Assembly (NCBI GenBank): GCA_009859145.1
Contig: VRVR01000022.1
Location: 20,001 to 268,000, forward strand
DNA from: Andalucia godoyi And28
Taxonomy: Eukaryota > Protista > Jakobida
Length of the DNA stretch: 248,000 bases
Direction: 5' to 3'
The notes under the pieces were generated by a model. The model searched no databases, was not told the origin of the DNA, and worked only from the letters and a program-made list of their open reading frames with translations. Positions within the stretch are counted from its first letter, which is position 1. Every line of letters begins with the position of its first letter. The position numbers and the translations under genes are program-made. Below, piece by piece: positions 54,975-66,665 of the stretch.

Positions 54975-56384
54975 CTATTCGAGCCAGTGTATGGACAGAG
55001 AAGCAGCGGGCTGGGGCTGGCCTTCTGTCCACCGTTCTCCCGATGCACACGCGATGAGCGGATACCCGGGGATTGGGCAGACGGATACGCCGTTGATGCA
55101 GTGGTGCGACGGGAGGTTGGTAGAAACGGAGTACACCTTGGAAGGCGTCGAGACTGTCACTGCATCTTCGGAACCCGTGTTTGAGTTCAGTTCCCTTGCA
55201 CTACGCATGTCAAATGCGCAGATTTCAGACGCTCGATTGCCAGTGTACAGGGTTTGTCCGTCATGCGAAAGAGAAATCTGCATTCGTTGGAAGCTCAGGC
55301 TCGTCGATTTCAGCGCCGCGGAAGGCAGGATGCCCGGTCGATGAACTTCGGTCATGATTCGCATCGTCCGAATGTCCCAAACACACACTCGCGGATCTGG
55401 GCTCCGAGAGACTGAGAACAGCTCCAATCCGCTCGCGACCATTTGAACCACTCCGCCAAAATGGCCTTGGAGCACCATCGCCGGTTGGTTTGCCGGAGAC
55501 AGCTGATCATAGATTCGAATCGAGCCGTCTGTGCACCCAGCAGCGAACAAGTGCGCGGACCCATGAAGGGAACAGAGAGCAGTGGCGAGTGGGGTTCGTG
55601 CGAGTCCGGCGTGGCCTGCAGTGTCGAGCTTGAGCCGCCTTGCATACACAGGACTCGATCCAGGAACCATGGGATCGAACAGAGCAACTGTGCTGTTTGC
55701 AAAGCCTGCAGCCATTCGAACCGCATGCGCAACAGCACTTTCATTGTCCTTTTCTTGATTTGCAAAAGACACGAAATTGCACGAAACCGGATGGACGAAC
55801 GACCCCTTGGCGTATCTATCGTCCAAGGAATACGAAGCTCGCGATGCACCAGTAAACCCGTCGACAAGACGCAGGGGCTGTGCGTGCTGTGCGCACAGAA
55901 TTCCACATGTCGGCGGGTCTGCCGAGCTCATCCATGGATACCACACATAATCATAAATCCTGTCGTGACACAGCAGTCCACGAGCCGAGGGACCAGACAG
56001 CTCCGCCGGCATGCCAGACGCGGACGGACACTCGAAAAACGATGCGTCAGCCGGCGTAATCAGACTGTCGTACACCTGAAGCTCAGAATGTGTGTCGCCT
56101 GCCAGCGACTCGCGGGTATGACACGTCAGAAGACAGCTGCCATCCGGTGACCATTGTACTCCATGGTACAGCACCGCCCGTGCTCCAGACGCAGGAACAC
56201 CTTCAGCCTCGGTGTCAGTCCCAGTGCTAGCCCCAGTAGCAGTGTCATGCTCGCTGTCGCTGAGAGGAGTCGCTACTGCAGTCGACTTAAAGAGTCGCAT
56301 CGTCCGTACGGAGGGTCCGCTGCGTGAGCGAGAGACGAGACAGTCGACTACTTTACACTCAACGAAGCGTCCATCATGGATCAA
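54975..56384 (-). CDS. WRAP53: WD40 protein TCAB1/WDR79-like
   Basis: WSPDGSCLL, IYDYVWYPWMSS.DP, PLRLVDGFTG..RASY, INGVSVCP. Confidence 0.7.
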   Translation of the reverse strand: MIHDGRFVECKVVDCLVSRSRSGPSVRTMRLFKSTAVATPLSDSEHDTATGASTGTDTEAEGVPASGARAVLYHGVQWSPDGSCLLTCHTRESLAGDTHSELQVYDSLITPADASFFECPSASGMPAELSGPSARGLLCHDRIYDYVWYPWMSSADPPTCGILCAQHAQPLRLVDGFTGASRASYSLDDRYAKGSFVHPVSCNFVSFANQEKDNESAVAHAVRMAAGFANSTVALFDPMVPGSSPVYARRLKLDTAGHAGLARTPLATALCSLHGSAHLFAAGCTDGSIRIYDQLSPANQPAMVLQGHFGGVVQMVASGLELFSVSRSPDPRVCVWDIRTMRIMTEVHRPGILPSAALKSTSLSFQRMQISLSHDGQTLYTGNRASEICAFDMRSARELNSNTGSEDAVTVSTPSKVYSVSTNLPSHHCINGVSVCPIPGYPLIACASGERWTEGQPQPAASLSIHWLE

Positions 56385-56700
56385 GCTCGCTCACGATTGA
56401 CACGATTCTTGCAGAGAAGAACCCATCCGCGGAACAACAACGAATGCGCGTACTTTCTTCAAATGTGGAGTCGGAAAAAAAACAGATACAACAGATTTAG
56501 GCTTTCAACGGACCCCCCGTTTGTTGGATGGTTGTTATCTTGTTATTTATGTATTTTTCTTCCTTTCTTTTATATATACATATTGTTAGTTTTTTAACAA
56601 GCCGCGGCTCGTAGTTATGATGTTGGTGATCATCAACGAACGGGCGAAAAACGCCACGATATGTTCTTGCCGCCGGAATAAAAGAAAAAATCCAAGTAAC

Positions 56701-57026
56701 ACCCTGCAACCCAAAATCTCTCCACACACTTGGCTCGCATGCTGCGCCTCAGACAGATTTATTTGGCGTAAAAAGTGACTTTTACAATCCGCATCAGCGC
56801 CCATCCAATGAAGCTCCCCTTTTGAGTGGGACATCCGTGGTGTCTGCGCACCCCAAAACAGAAACAACCTATTTTCCTGTTCAGAGCTCTCTAGCTGAGC
56901 AATCAGTGCATTCGTTAGAACCATTTGGACCCTCGGAACCAGGAGAAAACTAGGGGTTTCAACGAGCTTCTTTTATTGCCATTCCGCATTTTTAATCCAC
57001 TTGTTCTCTCTCTCTCTCTCTCGATT

Positions 57027-57076
<50 letters not shown>

Positions 57077-57222
57077 GATCTTTCCTTCTCTGTTTTCAAT
57101 TGAGCGGATATTGCATTGATTGTTGATTGGCAATGGAGTGCGCCGCAGAGGGAGAGAGAGGCCGCGGCGGAGGAATCGGGTTGTCAGTATTCGACAGTGT
57201 CTCTCATTGGGCCTCGACCTTG
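56701..57222 (-). mobile_element. TIR-MITE family E, one end truncated (E1)
   Basis: near-identical to 77087-77660; internal (GA)n; one TIR. Confidence 0.75.
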
Positions 57223-58907
57223 CACTCCTACGCCGCCGCGACAACAACCGGTAGCAGCAATTTGCAGAAAAGAAAAGCAAAAATGGTCGGCCTTCATTCA
57301 ATAGCAATGTCGACGGCTGTAATAAACAAACGCTCCGCCATACTACCTATTTGGGATGGAGGGTTACAAGAATAACACAAATCAGAGCGCGGGAAAACTA
57401 CCAGCAGCGACCGTAGATTACATCTGGGGTCCGATGCACGGTCCAGGGCCTGCTGTGCACCCTCAGGGGTTATCGAATACTGCAACCCTGGCAGGCATCC
57501 GTTCGGGGGGATTCGATTGCGAAACCACCAGGATCACGCGCCTCTTGCAAGTCCAATCATATAACCGAACCCCTCGCTTTTTTTTCCTTTTCCTTTCCTC
57601 CACCACTCCAGTTCGTATTGCTTTTCCTATTGTTTCTTCTTCTCTTCTCTTCTCTTCTCTTCTCTTCTCTTCTCTTTTTTTTCTTTTCTTTTTTCCTTTT
57701 CCTTTTTCTTTTCCTTTTAAAAAGGTTTTTCAAAACTCTCAGTGCACTTCGAGCGAACATCAGTATCCAGTTATCGGTAGACTTTGCATACGTCTTCCGA
57801 TCCTAATGAGCTACGCCTTCTCCCTTGCACGTCACCAGCGCCGTTCCAACCCCAACTCAATCTCCGCGTCCAAGTCAGACCACCACGATGCCCCGTCTTC
57901 ATCGCTTCCTAGTGGATTCAATCAGCTAACAGGCCGCCGCAGCCTTGCGTCCTCGTTGCTCGGAATCTCTCGTGGCGGAAATGCCTCCGTCGCGTTTGCC
58001 GAGCCTTCTTCTCTCTTCCTCAACTCTGTTTCTATCCTGTCATCAGCCACTGCAGTCCCTGCAAAGGCTGCTGATGTCCTCCGCGACACTCTTGCAATCA
58101 GCGGCCACGCTTCGGCGCTCTTTGCAACCTTGCGCTCTGCCCTCCTGTAACCCTTTGGTCTCTTCGTGATCGCACCGGGCTTGGGGGTTTGTGCCATCTC
58201 AGTCCTTGCATGCGTGCGTACCTGTGCCTTTTGTTTGTTTCTTTTTGTAGCGCTTTCTGTCTGTTCTCTTCCAGGTTTCGTGTCGTGGAAGCACATCCGG
58301 GTTTCGCACGAAGCATGTTTTCGGTATCGCAGGGTCTGTTGCTCCCCTCCAGTTGCGTCTTCTCTTTTGGCAAGTTGTAGTGTGTTTGGGAGGGCTTGTA
58401 TATAACTTTTATTTGATTTCAAACACACATACAGCGACTTCTTTCTTATTTTTGCAATGCCATTGATCGAAGAACTCTGGAGAGAGGGGGATCGCAGATG
58501 TTTTTGCTTGCTGCTGAAAGCTGTGCTGGCCTTGGGACGCAACCAGGGAAGAAAGACAGAGCGCTGGGAACAACGACACGCCGCATGAGATGTTGCATTC
58601 CCCCCGTCTCGTAATTGATCATGATTTCCAATTAAAAATCTTGTTTCTCGAATATCCACTGCGTACGTCCTTGTAACCTGACGAAAAGCCAAAGACAAGT
58701 CGAGCAGCGACCTCGCATAAAGTCATTTAATCGTTTATGACGCTTATCTCTTCTTTTATTATTCTCTCTCTCTCTCTCTCTCTCTTTCTTTCTTACTCTT
58801 TTCTTTCTCTTTTTCTTTCTCTATTGAGCAAGGCTTTCTTTTCCATTCTTTAAATTTGAGCATAGAACGTCTTTGCAAAGGATAAGAGAAACAGAATTTC
58901 AAGGGTA

Positions 58908-61900
58908 ATGAGTCATGAGCGCGAACCCAAACGCCCCCGTCTTGGCTGGGACTCTGCGGTGTCTGATGGAGCTGCAACGGATCACAATGCGCCGCTGCCG
59001 CCGCTACTGCCGCCTCCTCCTTCGTCCGCACTGGATTCCAAAGAACACAGATCGAAACGAGAACACCTGGAACCGCTGCGACTGAGAAAGACAAGGTGGG
59101 ACATGTCGACAACAGCAACGACGATGACGATGCCAGTGAGTATGAACGAAGCTGCGTCTGTGAATCAGAGTGTGAATGCCGACGGATCCAAGATTGTTGC
59201 GGATACGCTGGAAGCAGAAGCGGCGGAGAAGGGCGAGACGAGTGACCAGGTTTCTCAAGAAGGAGTCTTGTTGGAGGGGCTTCCTGCGTTGAAACCGTAC
59301 GACATTCCGTTCTTCACTGCGCTCATCAAGTCTCACGGGACAGCATATGCAAAGACACAAGCGGGGGTGCAGCCCATGACGGATAACGAGCACGGCGATG
59401 AAGAATTGCTGCTGATTTTGCGGCTTGTGCTCGTCATCAAGAACGGCCTTCCGAGAGACCGCAAGTCTGCACTGTCTGAATTTCGATTACGGATCGCACG
59501 AGGATCGTTTTCTGCCAATGTCCTTCTTGGAAAAGTGCTGATTCCATTGTTTTCGGCTCCCGGAATGGATCCTCAGGAACGGCACTTGGTGCTGAAGTGT
59601 CTCTTTATTGCTGTCCAGTCACTGAATGCGCTGGCCATGTCCGATCCGTCCATGCTCGTCGAGCTGACTTCGCGGTTGTTCAGACTTGTCGTAGGACCGC
59701 TGGTGATGGACGACAAGGATAGAATGGCACGGCTGCAGGGCCGGGATTTGCTCGCTGCTGTCTGCAGATCGGCCGGATGGTCTGGAGTCGCTCGATCGAT
59801 TGCGCCATTGATGTCCAATTTGGACGACGGCGTCAGGATCGCTGCGGCTCGATCCATCGCCATGGTTGCCCTGTCGGTCGGTATTCATCGGATTGTACCG
59901 TTCATCAAGGCTGCGGCTGCTTCGAAGCCCGCGAATCCTGAAAAAAGGGACGACATCACGTGGTTGCTGATTCGCGAATGTGCTGTGCGATCCGTTCATC
60001 AGCTCGCCTCCACGGCTGGCGCGGCTGTGCTCTCGCACCTCGACCAACTGATCGCGGTCGTCGCGCCGTTTCTTGATCTCGATCTTGACAATCGGCAGCA
60101 ATCCCATAGCTCTCGGACGTATGACCAACAGTATCAAATGCCACAGGTTGCGGTTCAACGCCAAAAAACCAGCGAAAGCGACAACGATGCCAGTGATGGT
60201 GACGACAACGGTAATGATGGTGATAATGATAATGATAATGATAACAGCAGCACCGCAGAAGCATCGACAACGGGCAAGAATGCTACCGGCATTCGTGTTG
60301 TGCACAGTCGAAATATCCAAGTGGTGTCGTCGGTATCGAATCCGCAACTCACTACTCGGTTGTGTGTGTCTGCGGCCTTGGCGGTGGCTGCTCTTGCAGA
60401 GGCCTCGTTTCCATATGGTGGCGATTCGTTTGAGCCCGTGGTTCGAACCCTTTGGTCCGGAACGAAGAAACACTCTCGTCGTAGAATTCTCGGGGCGTTT
60501 TTGCGAGCCACCGGATCCGTGATTGCGTTGCTGGAGCCATCGCGAGCTGCAGTGTATTCCAAAGCACTTGTGAGAACCCTGGTGCGTGAGATGGCTGCTC
60601 CGGATGACGACATGAAGCGAATCGTTCTTGGCGTCCTGCGGCAGTGTCTCGTCGCGACCGATTTGAAGGGAGTTGTTGCTCGTGTTCTTGAGTTCAAGCG
60701 CACAAGACCCAAGAACGATCCGTTGGCACCTGTTGGAATCGGTCTGTCCCAGCTTGATGGAATCGCCGGAAGTGGTGATAGCAAGAGAAAGGCGGAAGAA
60801 GCTGAGCAGGACGAGGAGGATGCATTTCCCGCGGATTACATTCTACGCGAACTTGTTCCGCCCTTCTTCTCGGCGTTTTGGACTCGTCGTGTTGTTACAT
60901 CTGCTTCGTCGAATCCAACGACAAATTCGAGCGCCAACGCTGCCGGCGATATCGATGCAAAGCCTACCATGCATGGAAGAAGTGGCGATAGGAGGTTGAT
61001 CCGCTCCGTCATTGAGACGATACCCGTTCTGCTGTCCCGCGCTGGAGGATCCGTACTGCCGCTATTGCAGCATACGCTGATTCATTTGAAGGATGACTGT
61101 CGTCCGTTGCGTCAGCTGACGCTAGATGGCATTGTCGATGCCTTTGAGATCTTTGGCCTCCCGCGTTCGTATGATTCTCGTACCGATGACTTGCTAATTG
61201 ATGGAATCCTGTTCACTCTTGAGGATTCCATGACGGCCCAAAGCGTTACCGGCTCCACAAAGAATGCTGCTGCGGACGAAGAGGCAATGACTGTGGATGA
61301 GTTAAACTATGCAAAGTCGGGTACCCGATGTTTGGCTACCGTCCTCATGGCGTTCGTGCAGCGTGCGTACAATGCGACCGGCTCTGCAGAACAGGTGTCG
61401 ACGTCATCGTCATTCAAGAATTCAAGTGCGATCGGCTGGGCATCTCAAGTGCACCTCAGTAACGTTACTCAGTATCTTGGACAAGTGTCGCGATACGTAG
61501 AATCACACCTATCCCATCGATCTCCAAAACAACGGCACACGGCAGCGCTTGTTGCTTCGGCATGCGCGTCAGGTCCGCTTCTGAAATCACGTCGAACTGA
61601 CATTTTGCTTCGTTTCGCGAGAATATGTGTCGAGAACCTCGGTGAGCCGTTTCCAGATGTTTTGGCAGCCATATTGGATGCTCTTCGTGCGTCCATGGAG
61701 GCGTTGACGTCGATTGCCAAGACGAGTGTGGGCCAGAGTGCATTGTTGCCGCCGTCTTCTGCTCAGGCGGAGGCAGCGGCAAAGACGGGAAGACGGCGCG
61801 GTTTCGAACTCACTGATCCGGATACGGGTTCTTTGGATTCTCAGCGAGTTGTTGCTGTTTCTTTGGGTGACTTGGTTGCCCGTTTGACTCCGATTTTGAG

Positions 61901-62798
61901 AAACCGACACGAGAGGGTTTCGGAGCAGGTTATCCGGCTCATCGCCCTCGTTGCGGATTGTGTTGTAGAAAATGTCGATCCGTCCACTGCCTCCATGAAT
62001 GTTGGTGGCGCTCCAAAAGTGATTGTTGCGCGACAAGAATGGCTCCGAATTTGCTTTGATTTGCTCGAACTGCTAAAGTCACAGCTGCGAAGAATCCGTC
62101 GATCTGCGATTGCTGCATTTGGGAGAATTGCTCGCGCAATCGGACCTCTCGAGGTTTTGCCACCACTGTTGGCCAATTTGAGAGTTCAAGAACGATCTCA
62201 ACGCGTTTGCACCACGGTTGCAATTGCAATTGTTGCAGAATCCTGCGGTGCATTTGCGGTGTTGCCTGCGCTGATGCAAGAGTATCGTATTCCTGAGCTC
62301 AACGTGCGAACTGGTGTTCTTAAGTCTCTTGCGTTCTTGTTTGAATACTTGGGATCCGCTTCTGCTCGGTTTGTTTGGGCCGTTACCCCCCTTCTGCAAG
62401 ACGCCCTGTCCGACCGAGATCTCGTCCACCGCCAAACTGCGTCGTCTGCTGTGAAGTTTCTTGCGCTGGGTGCTGCCGGTTGGGGATATGAAGACTGCCT
62501 GCGCCATTTGCTCAACTTTGTGTTTCCAAACATCCTCGAAGAATCCCCGCATGTCATTTCGGCCGTCCGCGAGGCGATCGATGCATTGAGAATTGCGCTC
62601 GGCCCAGGTGTCATCCTTCAGTATCTTTTGCAAGGCTTGTTTCATCCCGCGCAGAAAGTGCGCGAAGCCTACTGGGCTGTGTACAACTCTCTGTACGTTG
62701 GGTCTGCAGATGCCTTGGTGGCGTTCTACCCCAGAATCCGAGATGACGCAGTAACCGGATGCAACTATTCGGTGAATGAGTTGGAAATCATGATCTAG
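58908..62798 (+). CDS. SF3B1: splicing factor 3B subunit 1 (divergent)
   Basis: RKTRWD, QERHLVLK, QERSQRVCTTVAIAIVAE, QGLFHPAQKVR. Confidence 0.92.
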   Translation: MSHEREPKRPRLGWDSAVSDGAATDHNAPLPPLLPPPPSSALDSKEHRSKREHLEPLRLRKTRWDMSTTATTMTMPVSMNEAASVNQSVNADGSKIVADTLEAEAAEKGETSDQVSQEGVLLEGLPALKPYDIPFFTALIKSHGTAYAKTQAGVQPMTDNEHGDEELLLILRLVLVIKNGLPRDRKSALSEFRLRIARGSFSANVLLGKVLIPLFSAPGMDPQERHLVLKCLFIAVQSLNALAMSDPSMLVELTSRLFRLVVGPLVMDDKDRMARLQGRDLLAAVCRSAGWSGVARSIAPLMSNLDDGVRIAAARSIAMVALSVGIHRIVPFIKAAAASKPANPEKRDDITWLLIRECAVRSVHQLASTAGAAVLSHLDQLIAVVAPFLDLDLDNRQQSHSSRTYDQQYQMPQVAVQRQKTSESDNDASDGDDNGNDGDNDNDNDNSSTAEASTTGKNATGIRVVHSRNIQVVSSVSNPQLTTRLCVSAALAVAALAEASFPYGGDSFEPVVRTLWSGTKKHSRRRILGAFLRATGSVIALLEPSRAAVYSKALVRTLVREMAAPDDDMKRIVLGVLRQCLVATDLKGVVARVLEFKRTRPKNDPLAPVGIGLSQLDGIAGSGDSKRKAEEAEQDEEDAFPADYILRELVPPFFSAFWTRRVVTSASSNPTTNSSANAAGDIDAKPTMHGRSGDRRLIRSVIETIPVLLSRAGGSVLPLLQHTLIHLKDDCRPLRQLTLDGIVDAFEIFGLPRSYDSRTDDLLIDGILFTLEDSMTAQSVTGSTKNAAADEEAMTVDELNYAKSGTRCLATVLMAFVQRAYNATGSAEQVSTSSSFKNSSAIGWASQVHLSNVTQYLGQVSRYVESHLSHRSPKQRHTAALVASACASGPLLKSRRTDILLRFARICVENLGEPFPDVLAAILDALRASMEALTSIAKTSVGQSALLPPSSAQAEAAAKTGRRRGFELTDPDTGSLDSQRVVAVSLGDLVARLTPILRNRHERVSEQVIRLIALVADCVVENVDPSTASMNVGGAPKVIVARQEWLRICFDLLELLKSQLRRIRRSAIAAFGRIARAIGPLEVLPPLLANLRVQERSQRVCTTVAIAIVAESCGAFAVLPALMQEYRIPELNVRTGVLKSLAFLFEYLGSASARFVWAVTPLLQDALSDRDLVHRQTASSAVKFLALGAAGWGYEDCLRHLLNFVFPNILEESPHVISAVREAIDALRIALGPGVILQYLLQGLFHPAQKVREAYWAVYNSLYVGSADALVAFYPRIRDDAVTGCNYSVNELEIMI

Positions 62799-63375
62799 AT
62801 GCAGTGATAATGCACAGTGCGTGTTCTGTCCAAATTCTTTCTTTACTGTTTTTTCGTTTGCTTGGTGTTTTTTGTTTTTTTTTAAATTGTGGTGTCCTAC
62901 TGTATGATTTCCCCCTTCTCTCTGAAGTCTGGGACGCAGTGCATCCACGTACTACGACCTGCCATGTACTTTTTGTTTTGAAGCTGATTTGCATTGCTAG
63001 TTGCGGCATCGGCAGCGTCATGACCCGTGAGTCGTGTATCCGCGTCAAGACCCGAAACACCCCGTGTCCGGACTCCGGCAGCATAAACCATTCGCTGCTG
63101 TAGACTGAAAAGCTTTGCGCGCCAAATTCCATGCTTGCAGTCAAACAACGAGCACGCACTGCGACGTCGCGTACAAAATTCAGTTTTGCGTTATGTTTTG
63201 TTTGAACCTTCTTTTTTAACTTCCTTTGGTTAATGCATATTTATTTAAACTACTACAAGGATTCGCTTTTAACATGATTCCTTTGTGTAGCGTGGGAAAA
63301 TAGGACATATAGTGGTATTTGGGCTCTGTTTTTCACCGCTCTGTTTCTGACACTTCAGTTGCTGCTGACTTTGTG

Positions 63376-66300
63376 ATGGAACGTTCCAAAGAGGAAGTTC
63401 CTGTATCGTACGATCGGATCCTGTACGGCTCGCATCCGTTTCGAACCTTTTCAGGCGTCTCTCTATTTATCAATGGCCGCGAGCCTATACCGAAGCATTC
63501 TTGCATCAAGACGCTAGTTTCGATCATCCCTGCACTCTCTTCCGTGTCAAGCAACGGTCCTCCGAAGCCTCTGCCATTGCCCACATCCTCCACATCTCCC
63601 CTATTCCCTTCCGCAACTGCGACTGCGACTGCGACTGCGACTGCGGGCTTCCCAACTCGACCTACTGTCTCATGTGCCGAAGCTGGTCGGTCTGCCTTTT
63701 CGGGTCCTGTTGACGTGGATATCTCGCAGCCGCAGAGAACGGGTCGCACATCGTCGTTTTCAACTCCGCATTGGCAGCAACTCGGCAGCAGTTTGCATGC
63801 GAATGTGCGAAATCCAGTGCTGGGAGCTCTCAGGAACTCCCAGCCTATTGGATCGCAGAGACATGCGGATAACACTAGCATTGTGAATCCCCCACGTTCT
63901 AACGTGCCAGTTGCGTTATCCACGTTGCCATCGTCGTCGTCTACGATGATCTCTTCTTCGAATCCGAGCGTTGGTGCGATGAGTGCAGGTAGCGGAATTA
64001 TGGATACGTCGCGAATGGATGTTGCGGCACTGTTCGACTCTGCAATCACGTCTGTTGCGGCCGATGTGTCCAGCGGCGTTCCGGAGATTGAGCCTCGGTC
64101 CTGCCTCAAGACGTCTCTGCTTCCACATCAGAAGGTTGCACTCTCATGGTTAGTCCAGAGGGAGATCGGTGTGCGATTGACGCAGTCCAGACAGCAGTTC
64201 TTCTTTTGGAAGCGCATGGTGGACCACCAAGGAAACGTGACGTACAAGAACACAATCAAGGTCGCATCTCCACAGCAAAAGGAACATCCGGTGTTCTTCT
64301 CGGGCGGCTTCTTGTGCGATGATATGGGTCTCGGGAAGACTCTTTCGGTCATCGCCATGCTCGCACATTTCCAAAGTCTGAAGCAGCGCACTCTGATCGT
64401 GTGTCCGCTTTCTCTGATTTCAAACTGGGTGGATCAGATCAACGAACACACTCTTCCAGGAACGTTTTCAGTCGGAATATACCACGGACCGGACAGATCG
64501 CTCGCTGCAAACGTCCTTGGGTACGATGTCGTCATTTCGACATACAATATTCTTGTCATGGACTACCGTCAACACGCGGATTCAATTGTTGAAGATGACA
64601 ACGACCAGAATGAACGCAAGCATGCGGATAGGGAAGAGGATGATGACGATGGTGATGGTGATGACGATGACGATGACGGTGGACGTCGCGGTGGAATTGA
64701 GTCGTATTTCTTTCCTCAGAACCGCCAGAGCCAGAGTGCATCATCACAAGCCCGAGGACCGCGCTCGAAACGACCCAAAGTCGACTACGGCTTGTTCACT
64801 CCAGGGCTTTTCCACCGTGTTGTCTACGACGAAGCACACATGGGCAAGAATCCCGAGACGATCACTGCGATGGCATGCACCGCGCTGGCTGCCGATCGCA
64901 GATGGTGTCTCACGGGGACACCGATTACGAACAAGATGGATGATTTGCAGTCGCTTATGCGGATCATCCATGCCGAACCCTTTTCGGATCACAAGTTTTG
65001 GCGGAACATGATCTCCAGGCCGCTCAAGTCTACAACACAGTCTGACAACTTAACCGGTTTTCGTCGACTGCAAATCATTGTTAAAGCTCTCTGTCTGCGC
65101 CGAATGAAGCGACGGCCGTCTCCGATGCAAAATGGTTCTACTTCGACATCCGCAACTCACCATCCGGGCCCTGGATACATCGAGATGCCGGATCTCGAGA
65201 TCATCCACAGGCACGTCGAAATCACCGGGACTCAGCGTATTGTGTATGATCGAATGTACAGGCGAGCGCGGAACATTGTCGTGAATTGGTTAAACTCGGG
65301 CGGAAATTCCGGTGGCGTCATTGCCAATGTCCTTGCGCTCCTGACGCGGCTGCGACAGGCGTGCAACCACTTGGAATTGCTGCGTGAAACCGCCATGCGC
65401 ATTGCCCTGCTGACTGATGAGGAAGATGCTCGAGAAGCCCAAAAAGCAGGCCAAAGCACGGACGCTGTGTTTCTTGCGGACGACGCCCGGCGAAATCGCC
65501 TGTCGGATGTTCTTTCCAAATTGTTTCCGTCCTCTTCATCCGCTTCTGGCTCTTCGACGACCACTCCTGCTTCAGCTGCCCGTACGACGCGGCAAGGTAT
65601 GCAAGAGACCTCCGATGCGCTCGAGTCTCCGGAATGCGCGATTTGCTTTGAGGAGATTTCCGACGAGTCGACGACTCTGGTCACGCCTTGTGGACATGTT
65701 TTCTGTTCTGATTGTCTGGAACGCGCGCTTTCTGTCCGCAGTCTGTGCCCGATGTGCCGCGATCCTGTGCGCGGCACGGAAGCATGTCGAACCATTTCAG
65801 CGGTTCGGCGCTTGCTGAAGAAGGCTGCGGAGGCGCAGTCTGGAGGCACGAAGGATGCCCATGGGACGACAAATGCACCGGATGGGTCTGCCGCGATTGC
65901 AAATCCGTATGATTTAGCGACTGCGGGAGCCAAGCTGAATGCGCTGCTGCATGACCTGCAAGTTGAAATTCCCTCCTCGGAAAAAGTGCTGGTATTCTCG
66001 CAGTGGACGTCGTTTCTTGATCTTGTCGAACCAGTGATTTCGGATGCTCAGATCCCGTATGTTCGTCTTGATGGGTCGATGACCCGTGAAGAGCGGGCGG
66101 AAGCCGTGACCACATTCCAAGGAGCCCCTGCCTCCGGATGCCGTGTGTTTCTTATTTCGCTGAAGTGCGGTGGATTTGGATTGAACCTCACGGCAGCGTC
66201 TCATGTCTGCATCATGGATCCGTGGTGGAGTTGGGAAGTCGAGTCGCAAGCAGCGGATCGAGCCTGGCGTATCGGCAACAAAGCTCGGAAAGTTGTCGTT

Positions 66301-66492
66301 CGGCGCTACATCTGCACCAACACCATTGAAGAAAAGATCCTTGAGCTCCAAAAGATGAAGCTCTTCCTGACTCGTGGTGCCTTTGGTGAGTCTGGCGACG
66401 AAGCGCAGTCCACGGACGAGTTTAAACGACTGCGCCAACTCCGCGTCCGCCTTCTCTTCAATCTGGACAAGTCTGTCGCGGACCTCGTCTGA
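63376..66492 (+). CDS. RAD5/HLTF-like SNF2 helicase with RING finger
   Basis: DDMGLGKT, DEAH, LTGTPITN, CAIC..CGHVFC..C..C, HELICc. Confidence 0.88.
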   Translation: MERSKEEVPVSYDRILYGSHPFRTFSGVSLFINGREPIPKHSCIKTLVSIIPALSSVSSNGPPKPLPLPTSSTSPLFPSATATATATATAGFPTRPTVSCAEAGRSAFSGPVDVDISQPQRTGRTSSFSTPHWQQLGSSLHANVRNPVLGALRNSQPIGSQRHADNTSIVNPPRSNVPVALSTLPSSSSTMISSSNPSVGAMSAGSGIMDTSRMDVAALFDSAITSVAADVSSGVPEIEPRSCLKTSLLPHQKVALSWLVQREIGVRLTQSRQQFFFWKRMVDHQGNVTYKNTIKVASPQQKEHPVFFSGGFLCDDMGLGKTLSVIAMLAHFQSLKQRTLIVCPLSLISNWVDQINEHTLPGTFSVGIYHGPDRSLAANVLGYDVVISTYNILVMDYRQHADSIVEDDNDQNERKHADREEDDDDGDGDDDDDDGGRRGGIESYFFPQNRQSQSASSQARGPRSKRPKVDYGLFTPGLFHRVVYDEAHMGKNPETITAMACTALAADRRWCLTGTPITNKMDDLQSLMRIIHAEPFSDHKFWRNMISRPLKSTTQSDNLTGFRRLQIIVKALCLRRMKRRPSPMQNGSTSTSATHHPGPGYIEMPDLEIIHRHVEITGTQRIVYDRMYRRARNIVVNWLNSGGNSGGVIANVLALLTRLRQACNHLELLRETAMRIALLTDEEDAREAQKAGQSTDAVFLADDARRNRLSDVLSKLFPSSSSASGSSTTTPASAARTTRQGMQETSDALESPECAICFEEISDESTTLVTPCGHVFCSDCLERALSVRSLCPMCRDPVRGTEACRTISAVRRLLKKAAEAQSGGTKDAHGTTNAPDGSAAIANPYDLATAGAKLNALLHDLQVEIPSSEKVLVFSQWTSFLDLVEPVISDAQIPYVRLDGSMTREERAEAVTTFQGAPASGCRVFLISLKCGGFGLNLTAASHVCIMDPWWSWEVESQAADRAWRIGNKARKVVVRRYICTNTIEEKILELQKMKLFLTRGAFGESGDEAQSTDEFKRLRQLRVRLLFNLDKSVADLV

Positions 66493-66665
66493 GCACAATG
66501 CCATCAACGACATAAAAAAGTAGCAGCCAAGTATCTTTACGTCCTCGCCGATTTCGAAGCATACAGCCAAAACCGTGCGTTATCTGTTCTTAATTGATGT
66601 GCTTTTACTCGTCTTGTTATGCTTCCGTTCCTCTCGACTCACCATTCTTGCGCAAGTACGTACAT

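Noticed and set aside
56586-56924. Repeated ORFs 'MVLTNALIAQ...', 'MDPRNQEK...', 'MIVDWQWS...' (also 77.0-77.6 kb and 123.8-124.5 kb)
   Set aside because: They fall inside the non-coding TIR-MITE family E and vary in length with the (GA)n tract.
57390-57560. GC-rich structured-looking stretch as possible SRP or U1 RNA
   Set aside because: No ATACTTACCTG 5' end and no canonical SRP helix-8 GNRA motif; needs Infernal.
57830-58200. Possible TGA readthrough extending the 57922 ORF
   Set aside because: No recognisable protein on either side and no SECIS evidence.
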